Assembly (NCBI GenBank): GCA_963693365.1
Contig: CAVNZM010000011.1
Span: 7,863,937 to 7,927,936 of the forward strand
From: Amoebidium appalachense
Taxonomy: Eukaryota; Protista; Ichthyosporea
Direction of reading: 5' to 3'
DNA: 64,000 nt
Below, one piece after another: positions 48,108-58,303 of the stretch; position 1 is the first letter of the stretch; each line of letters starts with the position of its first letter. Both the position numbers and the translations under genes were made by a program. Under the pieces are notes generated by a model. The model worked only from the letters and a program-made list of their open reading frames with translations. It did no database searches and was not told the origin of the DNA.

Positions 48108-50049
48108 GGTTCAGGCGTCGGGAGGCTGAACGACCCTTAGCAACAGCCCCAAGCAGCGCCGTCGAATCAAGGCCCCAAAGGTAGCGGGAGCCCCGGGCAG
48201 CCGTAGACCGACCTAATCGACGAAGCCCCAGGAGCAAGGCTTCTCCCTCCAGAATGTTGATGTGGTCGGAGTGGCGCCAACGATGACTGATGTTGGTGGT
48301 CCATCGGCCACCAACAGCTGCCAGGATAGGTGCCGGGGGGGCGGACGGGCTTGGCTCGTGCACAGGACCAGACAGCTGGCTGTAGTGGCCACGCCGGTTG
48401 CAGTGAGGCAGCACTTCGCGGAGAAGCGTTGCTGGAAGCACCCGGGACACCACTGCACCACCCAACAAGGAAGCATCAGTGCAGAACATGGTGCTAGCAA
48501 ACCCAGAACGCAAATCACAACGCATCAAAGGGGCCAAAGCACACATCGCCTGAAGCTCCCACACCACGGGCGGGGGAAGGGGCTGTTCCCGACCCCCCAG
48601 CTGCTCCACAAAACTGTAGACGGCACTCAGAACCGACAAAAGCGGCCGCTGCAGCAGTGCCGCCCACACCCAACCACCAAGCAACTGCTGCAAACGGAGC
48701 TGCGTGACGACACCACGACGCAACACGGCCTGGGTTTCCGCCACCAGACGGCACAAGGAAGCGCCAGACGGGCGCAATATCCCAGAGCGATGCATTTCCA
48801 GGCCTAGCAGCACCATAGAGGACGACGAACCAGCAGCCACATCCTTCTTGACATTGGAGGGAAGACCAGCCGGGCCGGTGACGCCATGATACGATTCACG
48901 CTGACGATTGATGGCGGTGGCATCTGTGCCGACCCAGCCACAGTCGTCCACATACAGGGCATGCTGCGTGGCCTCCACAGGCCGCGGCACTATCGCACAG
49001 AGGCGCTCAATGCGGGGCATGCCGGCTCGGTCAGCCAACTGCCCATGGACGTCTTGAGCCACAAGCACAGAATGCACCCAGCCCATGGGCACGGTCTTAA
49101 GGGCCGGGTACACAAGCCGGTCGGGCCCAGAAATGCCAACAGCCTCCGAAGACACAGGCGGCAAGCCGAAGTACCGCCACAGCCACTCGGGGGCAAGAAG
49201 ACGATGGAACTGGTTGTCCATGTCCGACTTGCCAAAATAGAGGCAATCCTCAGGCCCCAGCAACAGATCGGCAAAATCGGCAGGGTTGGGCAGGTGCACC
49301 TGGAGGGCAGGATGATCACGGGCAAAGAACAGGTTGCCACGGCTGCCGTCAAAAATGACGCGGGCTCTGGTGTCTTTGGGGACCCCAAACAGCCCATTGA
49401 TGGCCAGTGGTTTTTCCTTCGCCTCGAAATAGTGCACCATGCCGCAGTCTTGAAGCCGAAGAAGCAGGGGACCGTATTCCCCACTGGGAACGTGATGCGC
49501 CGGTCGGATGCGGCGCAGCTCTGCAGGCGTCGGCGGAACAGGCTTGAGAAGGCCGCCGTCGCAGTTGGCCAAAAACGGCTGCAGCGTAGGAGACAAAAAC
49601 TGCAACACGTCCACTGTGGCTCCAACCCCAGGGGGTGGCAAAGCGGCATTTGCCGCCGTGAGAGGTAGCCATCCTGTCAATACAGGGTAGGCCGCGGGGA
49701 ACGCAGCCAAGACACTACTCGCAGGCTGAGCGTCGTAGACACCCGCGCGTATAGCATCGTAGCTGGCCCTAAGGACAAAGGTCCACAGGGCATGGTGGTG
49801 ACTGTTCACCAACCGGGTCGGGAATGGGCAAGGGCCGCCTGCCCACGGCTTGTTGAGGGCACCAAGACAACGGTTAGCCAAGGTAACCCCCTTCAGGCGG
49901 TGAGACAGACGTTGCCGACGGCGTTGACTCCGTAGACTGGCTTGTCCAGAACGGTCCGGCACAGGAATGGCCGGAACAGGAAACAAATCAGAGGCGGCAA
50001 AGACATGACGTGGCATAGCTGTGGAATCCTTAGAAAAATTAGGGGGCAT
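47995..50049 (-). CDS. Reverse transcriptase / RNase H of E3 (684 aa, intact)
   Basis: All RT and RNase H motifs present. Confidence 0.94.
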   Translation of the reverse strand: MPPNFSKDSTAMPRHVFAASDLFPVPAIPVPDRSGQASLRSQRRRQRLSHRLKGVTLANRCLGALNKPWAGGPCPFPTRLVNSHHHALWTFVLRASYDAIRAGVYDAQPASSVLAAFPAAYPVLTGWLPLTAANAALPPPGVGATVDVLQFLSPTLQPFLANCDGGLLKPVPPTPAELRRIRPAHHVPSGEYGPLLLRLQDCGMVHYFEAKEKPLAINGLFGVPKDTRARVIFDGSRGNLFFARDHPALQVHLPNPADFADLLLGPEDCLYFGKSDMDNQFHRLLAPEWLWRYFGLPPVSSEAVGISGPDRLVYPALKTVPMGWVHSVLVAQDVHGQLADRAGMPRIERLCAIVPRPVEATQHALYVDDCGWVGTDATAINRQRESYHGVTGPAGLPSNVKKDVAAGSSSSMVLLGLEMHRSGILRPSGASLCRLVAETQAVLRRGVVTQLRLQQLLGGWVWAALLQRPLLSVLSAVYSFVEQLGGREQPLPPPVVWELQAMCALAPLMRCDLRSGFASTMFCTDASLLGGAVVSRVLPATLLREVLPHCNRRGHYSQLSGPVHEPSPSAPPAPILAAVGGRWTTNISHRWRHSDHINILEGEALLLGLRRLGRSTAARGSRYLWGLDSTALLGAVAKGRSASRRLNRVCRQVAAYTLALDIRLYCVWLPSAHNPADGPSRFSG

Positions 50050-50126
50050 ATTGAATCAAGGGCACGTGGCAGGAAACCACAAGAAAATAATATACAGAAC
50101 CGCGTGCCGAACCCCCAAAGGGCCGT

Positions 50127-51182
50127 TTAGGCCCTGTGGCCACCGGTCCCCGGAGGGGTCGATGGACCGGCTCCGGATGGGCCACTGCCGGGACCGCGCC
50201 GAGCCCGGGTGACTTCGGCGAGGGTCTTGGCTTGACGAACAGCCCGGGTGGCCAAGGCAGGGGGCAGGGGCAGGCTGCGCGCAGGGAGCTCCTCAAACTG
50301 CTCTGCAACAGCCCAGTCCCCGTTGGACTGATCAGCAGTCTGCACAGCCAGCAGACGGCGCACACCAACTTCCACAGCAGGTGACTCCTTGCGGGCCTTA
50401 GGGTCGGCGGCCAGCAGCAGATCCAGCATACGGGCAAGCGTCAGAGCCTCCCGTTTGTTGCGGTAGCTGACCCAATCCGCCGCGTGGACAGCCGCAGTGA
50501 CCGAGGCCTGGTCAGCCAAGGTGCTCTTGAGGTAGGAAGGGGCCAGACGTTCTTTGACGCGCAGGTTGACTTTGGCGCCGCTGGAGAGCAGATAACGGCT
50601 GGGGTTGGGTTTGGAACGGCCAGAGGAACGACGGCTGCGAGAGGAACGACCGTAGCCACTGCTGCTGGAATCAGAATCCTCACTCGACGATGGGGTGTCT
50701 TCACTGCCGGTGTCGTACGCATAGACAGGCTCCTTGCCCTTTGCCCGCGCAGACAGCGTGCTCAGCAGGCCGCCGGCAGAGGGCTTCTTGGGGCGACCAG
50801 ACTGGGCAACAGAGAGGGCTTGCACTTGGGCAGAAAGCGCCTGCAGCTGCTCTTGGACGTCTACACCGTCAGAACGCCGCTGGGGAGAGGGCGACCCAGG
50901 TGGGGGGGAGGCACGGCCGCTGCGAGGAGTGCGACAGAGCAAGTGCAGCTGGTCGGTGACTTTCCAACCGACCATCTCAGGGTCATCAAAAGCCACCGAG
51001 CGCGCCTTGAGGGCTGAAACCACACTGTTGACGGTTTCTGCCGGCAGGCTGTTCCAGGGGAGGGCGTTGGACTGCAAAACGGCCAGACTTTTGAGACTTG
51101 CGTCGTCCGCATCGGTAGAGATCTCCAAAAGCTTTTCGAGGAGAGCGGCCCCCTTGGCGACCAGAGCAGATGGAGGGGCCAT
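50127..51182 (-). CDS. gag-like ORF1 of E3
   Basis: Intact copy of ORF1. Confidence 0.8.
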   Translation of the reverse strand: MAPPSALVAKGAALLEKLLEISTDADDASLKSLAVLQSNALPWNSLPAETVNSVVSALKARSVAFDDPEMVGWKVTDQLHLLCRTPRSGRASPPPGSPSPQRRSDGVDVQEQLQALSAQVQALSVAQSGRPKKPSAGGLLSTLSARAKGKEPVYAYDTGSEDTPSSSEDSDSSSSGYGRSSRSRRSSGRSKPNPSRYLLSSGAKVNLRVKERLAPSYLKSTLADQASVTAAVHAADWVSYRNKREALTLARMLDLLLAADPKARKESPAVEVGVRRLLAVQTADQSNGDWAVAEQFEELPARSLPLPPALATRAVRQAKTLAEVTRARRGPGSGPSGAGPSTPPGTGGHRA

Positions 51183-51858
51183 TGCAATGCTCACAAATCA
51201 GACTAGAGCACAAAAACTTGAAAACGAAGACTGGAAAATGCAAAAACGTGGGAAAACCGACACCGCTAAAAACGTCCGAAAACCAGCTAAAACGCAACGG
51301 CGCGCACGCAAAACTCTTACCAGATGCTGCCGAAGCTAAGCGCGCGCTCCTGGGCAAAAAACACTAGAGAACAAAACGAACAACAGCGCGAAAAACGGGG
51401 ACTAGAGTTGCAAAAACTTAGCTAAAAAATTGGGCCTAAAGAGACCTAAACGCGCTCAGTAGCGCCGCAACTGACCTCCCTGGGGCCGCGCAAGCTCATT
51501 ATAGAGCGCGGCCCACATTTTTGCCTATGGAAATATGAAGAAATGACTTAGAACCTATCAAATCCATGAAATCTACCAAAATGGAATTTTTGCTGCACAT
51601 CAACCAATGAAAAATTTTCACAAGTGGCTAAAACCCCTAGATCATAAAGACCAAATCGATTGCCGCCCATTTCGGACTAGATATAACTCAAACTCATCAA
51701 TATATCCATATGGCATATCCCACAGAACATAAAAACAGCTACAGCTCCCTAAATAAAACTGCTAGCAGCCTGAAACTTTGCACACACATCAAACACACCA
51801 AGGCCGACAACGTTATACTACTACGAAGTTTACAGCACACTCGCAACACACAATTTCA

Positions 51859-52908
51859 CTACATGAGCCGGTGCCTGTGGAGCAATCTCACAAGCAGGCA
51901 CAGGTGTCCTCCACCACTCCCTACCTGGCACGGGAAGGAACGAACCATGCCGTGGGTGACTGACGCAGCGCTGCAGCCCGGGCAAGGAGCGACGCAGGCA
52001 CCCGAATAGAAAGAAAAAAGAGACTGGCCGGCCTGCACATACCGGCGGAGGGAGGCATGCGATCTCCATCGACCACGCAGAGCAATCGTCTCTACTGAAA
52101 CACCATTGACATAGTCTCTCGAGGCACCACCATGGCGAAGACTGTGAAGATGGAACCCATACTCGTTGAGGCCGAGGGAGTCACACCCCGCTTGGAACTT
52201 GGCACGCAGAACATCATACGAGAAAGGAAACAGCCGCGCAGAAGGGGGGGTGCCACGGAACCAGAAAGACAGGATGGCCAACAGGGACGGATCGGTGATG
52301 GGGACAAACTGATTTGGACCGGTCTTGGTGTCGGCCAGGCGGATGCCGCCTGTACCGGGTGGCATGTCGTGGGGAACGGGGTCGTCGGGCAATATAAGAT
52401 CCGTACGGGTGAGCATAAGCAACTCACTGACACGAAAATAGCACTCAAATCCAAGCAAAACAGCAATACCAAACAAGGGGCCAATTTTGGAATACAAATG
52501 ATGGCCAATGACGAGGACCAATGAAAACGGAAGCGGGGGCGTGGTCTTTGCTGGAACAAGCCGGTTCCAGCCCTGCAGGCTCCGTTGGGCGGCCTGCAGG
52601 TGTGGACCCAGGCGTGGCATGAAATGCTTGATGCCGGCAGCTGTGTTGACACAGCGCTGACGCTGGCCACGCGATGGATCAATGGCATAACACTCCTCAA
52701 AATACTCCACCAGGAGGTCGTCCAGTTCGGCGGGGGACTTGGTGTCGGTACCAGGGGGCAACCAATCCAGGAACTCAACAACAGCATCCCGGTAGGCCTT
52801 GAGGGTTGGGGGCTTTATGGCCTGGTCAGCCAGAAAACCGCGAGGGACCATCTGCAGGATTGTGGGCTGACGGCAGCCACACACAATACAAACGAATGTC
52901 GAGGGCAA
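51859..52908 (-). pseudogene. YR of E4 (catalytic motifs present, C-terminal frameshift)
   Basis: FRVSEL, HSLRHGG, RGRWRS and LRRYV, then an altered tail. Confidence 0.8.
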
Positions 52909-54879
52909 GCGTGTAGGCAGCCACCTGGCGGCATACGCGGTTCAGGCGTCGGGATGCTGAACGACCCTTAGCAACAGCCCCAAGCAGCGCCGTCGAATCA
53001 AGGCCCCAAAGGTAGCGGGTGCCCCGGGCAGCCGTAGACCGACCTAATCGACGAAGCCCCAGGAGCAAGGCTTCTCCCTCCAGAATGTTGATGTGGTCGG
53101 AGTGGCGCCAACGATGACTGATGTTGGTGGTCCACCGGCCACCAACAGCTGCCAGGATAGGTGCTGGGGGGGCGGACGGGCTTGGCTCGTGCACAGGACC
53201 AGACAGCTGGCTGTAGTGGCCACGCCGGTTGCAGTGAGGCAGCACTTCGCGGAGAAGCGTTGCTGGAAGCACCCGGGACACCACTGCACCACCCAACAAG
53301 GAAGCATCAGTGCAGAACATGGTGCTAGCAAACCCAGAACGCAAATCACAACGCATCAAAGGGTCCAAAGCACACATCGCCTGAAGCTCCCACACCACGG
53401 GCGGGGGAAGGGGCTGTTCCCGACCCCCCAGCTGCTCCACAAAACTGTAGACGGCACTCAGAACCGACAAAAGCGGCCGCTGCAGCAGTGCCGCCCACAC
53501 CCAACCACCAAGCAACTGCTGCAAACGGAGCTGCGTGACGACACCACGACGCAACACGGCCTGGGTTTCCGCCACCAGACGGCACAAGGAAGCGCCAGAC
53601 GGGCGCAATATCCCAGAGCGATGCATTTCTAGGCCTAGCAGCACCATAGAGGACGACGAACCAGCAGCCACATCCTTCTTGACATTGGAGGGAAGACCAG
53701 CTGGGCCGGTGACGCCATGATACAATGCACGCTGACGATTGATGGCGGTGGCATCTGTGCCGACCCAGCCACAGTCGTCCACATACAGGGCATGCTGCGT
53801 GGCCTCCACAGGCCGCGGCACTATCGCACAGAGGCGCTCAATGCGGGGCATGCCGGCTCGGTCAGCCAACTGCCCATGGACGTCTTGAGCCACAAGCACA
53901 GAATGCACCCAGCCCATGGGCACGGTCTTGAGGGCCGGGTACACAAGCCGGTCGGGCCCAGAAATGCCAACAGCCTCCGAAGACACAGGCGGCAATCCGA
54001 AGTACCGCCACAGCCACTCCGGGGCAAGAAGACGATGGAACTGGTTGTCCATGTCCGACTTGCCAAAATAGAGGCAATCCTCAGGCCCCAGCAACAGATC
54101 GGCAAAATCGGCAGGGTTGGGCAGGTGCACCTGGAGGGCAGGATGATCACGGGCAAAGAACAGGTTGCCACGGCGGCCGTCAAAAATGACGCGGGCTCTG
54201 GTGTCTTTGGGGACCCCAAACAGCCCATTGATGGCCAGTGGTTTTTCCTTCGCCTCGAAATAGTGCAACATACCGCAGTCTTGAAGCCGAAGAAGCAGGG
54301 GACCGTATTCCCCACTGGGAACGTGATGCGCCGGTCGGATGCGGCGCAGCTCTGCAGGCGTCGGCGGAACAGGCTTGAGAAGGCCGCCGTCGCAGTTGGC
54401 AAAAACGGCTGCAGCATAGGAGACAAAAACTGCAACACGTCCACTGTGGCTCCAACCCCAGGGGGTGGCAAAGCGGCATTTGCCGCCGTGAGAGGTAGCC
54501 ATCCTGTCAATACAGGGTAGGCCGCGGGGAACGCAGCCAAGACACTACTCGCAGGCTGAGCGTCGTAGACACCCGCGCGTATAGCATCGTAGCTGGCCCT
54601 AAGGACAAAGGTCCACAGGGCATGGTGGTGACTGTTCACCAACCGGGTCGGGAATGGGCAAGGGCCGCCTGCCCACAGCTCGTTGAGGGCACCAAGACAA
54701 CGGTTAGCCAAGGTAACCCCCTTCAGGCGGTGAGACAGACGTTGCTGACGGCGTTGACTCCGTAGACGGGCTTGTCCAGAACGGGCCGGCACAGGAATGG
54801 CCGGAACAGGAAACAAATCAGAGGCGGCAAAGACATGAAGTGGCATAGCTGCTGAATCCTTAGAAAAATTAGGGGGCAT
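52826..54879 (-). pseudogene. RT/RNase H of E4 with single frameshift
   Basis: Split over ORFs 53821-54879 and 52826-54502. Confidence 0.88.
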
Positions 54880-55509
54880 ATTTAATCAAGGGCACGTGGC
54901 AGGAAACCACAAGAAAATAATATACACAACCGCGTGCCGAACCCCCAAAGGGCCGTTTAGGCCCTGTGCCCACCGGTCCCCGGAGGGGTCGATGGACCGG
55001 CTCCGGATGGGCCACTGCCAGGACCGCGCCGAGCCCGGGTGACTTCGGCGAGGGTCTTGGCTTGACGAACAGCCCGGGTGGCCAAGGCAGGGGGCAGGGG
55101 CAGGCTGCGCGCAGGGAGCTCCTCAAACTGCTCTGCAACAGCCCAGTCCCCGTTGGACTGATCAGCAGTCTGCACAGCCAGCAGACGGTGCACACCAACT
55201 TCCACAGCAGGTGACTCCTTGCGGGCCTTAGGGTCGGCGGCCAGCAGCAGATCCAGCATACGGGCAAGCGTCAGAGCCTCCCGTTTGTTGCGGTAGCTGA
55301 CCCAATCCGCCGCGTGGACAGCCGCAGTGACCGAGGCCTGGTCAGCCAAGGTGCTCTTGAGGTAGGAAGGGGCCAGACGTTCTTTGACGCGCAGGTTGAC
55401 TTTGGCGCCGCTGGAGAGCAGATAACGGCTGGGGTTGGGTTTGGAGCGGCCAGAGGAACCAGTGGCTGCGAGAGGAACGACCGTAGCCACTGCTGCTGGA
55501 ATCAGAATC

Positions 55510-56439
55510 AGGGGCCAATTTTGGAATACAAATGATGGCCAATAACGAGGACCAATGAAAACGGAAGCGGGGGCGTGGTCTTTGCTGGAACAAGCCGGTT
55601 CCAACCCTGCAGGCTCCGTTGGGCGGCCTGCAGGTGTGGACCCAGGCGTGGCATGAAATGTTTGATGCCGGCAGCTGTGTTGACACAGAGCTGACGCTGG
55701 CCACGCGATGGATCAATCGCATAACACTCCTCAAAATATTACACCAGGAGGTCGTCCAGTTCGGCGGGGGACTTGGTGTCGGTGCCAGGGGGCAACCAAT
55801 CCAGGAACTCAACAACAGCATCCCGGTAGGCCTTGAGGGTTGGGGGCTTTATGGCCTGGTCAGCCAGAAAACCGCGAGGGACCATCTGCAGGATTGTGGG
55901 CTGACGGCAGCCACACACAATACAAACGAATGTCGAGGGTAAGCGTGTAGGCAGCCACCTGGCGGCATACACGGTTAAGGCGTCGGGATGCTGAACGACC
56001 CTTAGCAACAGCCCCAAGCAGCGCCGTCGAATCAAGGCCCCAAAGGTAGCGGAGCCCCGGGCAGCCGTAGACCGACTTAATCGACGAAATCCCAGGAGCA
56101 AGGCTTCTCCCTCCAGAATGTTGATGTGGTCTGAGTGGCGCCAACGATGACTGATGTTGGTGGTCCACCCGCCACCAACAGCTGCCAGGATAGGTGCGGG
56201 GCGGGTGGACGGGCTTGGCTCGTGCACGGGACCAGACAGCTGGCTGTAGTGGCCACGCCGGTTGCAGTGAGGCAGCACTTGGCGGAGAAGCGCTGCTGGC
56301 AGCACCTGGGACACCACTGCACCACCCAACAAGGAAGCATCAGTGCAAAACATGGTGCTAGCAAACCCAGAACGCAAATCACAACGCATCAACGGGGCCT
56401 AAGCACACATCGCCTGAAGCTCCCACACCACGGGCATGG
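55510..56439 (-). pseudogene. RNase H/YR part of an older minus-strand copy, host of E5
   Basis: Continues at 62035 across the E5 insertion. Confidence 0.85.
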
Positions 56440-57171
56440 AATATTTAGTTTGTAAACGTGTTTTCTTTGCAGGAGAATTAGATAGCCCCGTTGGAGTGAA
56501 ATTGTGTGTTGCGAGTATGCTGTAAAATTCGAAGTAGTAGCATGGTGTAGGCCTTGGTGTGTTTGATGTGTGTGCAAAGTTTCAGGCTGCTAGCATTTTA
56601 TTTAGGGAGCTGTAGCTGTTTTTATGTTCTGTGGGATATGCCATATGGATATATTGATGAGTTTGAATTATATCTAGTCCGAAATGGGCGGCAATTGATT
56701 TGGTCTTTGTGATCTAGGGGTTTTAGCCACTTGTGAAAATTTTCATTGGTTGATATGCAGCAAAAATTCCATTTCGGTAGATTTCATGGATTTGATAGGT
56801 TCTAAGTCATTTCTTCATATTTCCATTGGCAAAAATGTAGGCCGCGCTATATAATGAGCTTGCGCGGCCCCAGGGAAGTCAGTTGCGGCGCTACTGAGCG
56901 CGTTTAGATCTCTTTAGGCCCAATTTTTTAGCTAAGTTTTTGCAACTCTAGTCCCCGTTTTTCGCGCTGTTGTTCGTTTTGTTCTCTAGTGTTTTTTGCC
57001 CAGGAGCGCGCGCTTAGCTTCGGCAGCATCTGGTAAGAGTTTTGCGTGCGCCCCAATGCATTTTAGCTGGTTTTCGGACGTTTTTTTGCGGTGTCGTTTT
57101 TCCCGCGTTTTTGCATTTTTCAGTCTTCATTTTCAAGTTTTCGTGCTCTAGTCTGGTTTGTGAGCATTGCA

Positions 57172-58227
57172 ATGGCCCCTCCTCCTGCTCTGGTCGCCAA
57201 GGAGGCCGCTCTCCTCGAAAAGCTTTTGGAGATCTCTACCGATGCGGACGACGCAAGTCTCAAAAGTCTGGCCGTTTTGCAGTCCAACGCCCTCCCCTGG
57301 AACAGCCTGCCGGCAGAAGCCGTCAACAGTGTGGTTTCATCCCTCAAGGCGCGCTCGGTGCCTTTTGATGACCCTGAGATGGTCGGTTGGAACATCACCG
57401 ACCAGCTGCACTTGCTCTGTCGCACTCCTCGCAGCGGCCGTGCCTCCCCCCCACCTGGGTCGCCCTCTCCCCAGCGGCGTTCTGACGGTGTAGACGTCCA
57501 AGAGCAGCTGCCGGCGCTTTCTGCCCAAGTGCAAGCCCTCTCTGTTGCCCAGTCTGGTCGCCCCAAGAAGCCCTCTGCCGGCGGCCTGCTGAGCACGCTG
57601 TCTGCACGGGCAAAGAGCAAGGAGCCTGTCTATGCATACGACACGGGCAGTGAAGACACCCCATCGTCGAGTGAGGATTCTTCTTCCAGCAGCAGTGGCT
57701 ACGGTCGTTCCTCTCGCAGCCGTCGTTCCTCTGGCCGTTCCAAACCCAACCCCAGCCATTATCTGCTCTCCAGCGGCGCCAAGGTCAACCTGCGTGTCAA
57801 AGAACGTCTGGCCCCTTCCTACCCCAAGAGCAACTTGGCTGACCAGGCCTCGGTCACTGCGGCTATCTACGCGGCGGATAGGGTCAGCTACCGCAACAAA
57901 CCGGAGGCTCTGACGCTTGCCCGTATGCTGGATCTGCTGCTGGCCGCCGACCCTGAGGCCTGCAAGGAGTCACCTGCTGTGGAAGTTGGTGTGCGCCGTC
58001 TGCTGGCTGTGCAGACTGCTGATCAGTCCAACGGGGACTGGGCTGTTGCAGAGCAGTTTGAGGAGCTCCCTGCGCGCAGCATGCCCCTGCCCCCTGCCTT
58101 GGCCACCCGGGCTGTTCGTCAAGCCAAGACCCTCGCCGAAGTCACCCGGGCTCGGCGCGGTCCCGGCAGCGGCCCATCCGGCGCCGGTCCATCGACCCCT
58201 CCGGGGACCGGTGGCCACAGGGCCTAA
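57172..58227 (+). CDS. gag-like ORF1 of E5 (open, several substitutions)
   Basis: Full-length ORF homologous to E1 ORF1. Confidence 0.7.
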   Translation: MAPPPALVAKEAALLEKLLEISTDADDASLKSLAVLQSNALPWNSLPAEAVNSVVSSLKARSVPFDDPEMVGWNITDQLHLLCRTPRSGRASPPPGSPSPQRRSDGVDVQEQLPALSAQVQALSVAQSGRPKKPSAGGLLSTLSARAKSKEPVYAYDTGSEDTPSSSEDSSSSSSGYGRSSRSRRSSGRSKPNPSHYLLSSGAKVNLRVKERLAPSYPKSNLADQASVTAAIYAADRVSYRNKPEALTLARMLDLLLAADPEACKESPAVEVGVRRLLAVQTADQSNGDWAVAEQFEELPARSMPLPPALATRAVRQAKTLAEVTRARRGPGSGPSGAGPSTPPGTGGHRA

Positions 58228-58303
58228 ACGGCCCTTTGGGGGTTCGGCACGCGGTTCTGTATATTATTTTCTTGTGGCTCCTGCCACGTGCCCTTGATTA
58301 AAT

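Larger units (their letters stand above)
46367..51858 (-). mobile_element. Near full-length YR retrotransposon copy E3 (both termini clipped)
   Basis: A (~51409-51858), gag, RT/RH, YR, B1, A2 with ~28-bp deletion, spacer, B2 truncated at 46367. Confidence 0.93.
51859..55509 (-). mobile_element. 5'-truncated YR element copy E4, head-to-tail with E3 and sharing its A repeat
   Basis: gag C-terminus, RT frameshifted near 54400, YR with late frameshift, partial B1 fused to A at ~51858. Confidence 0.9.
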
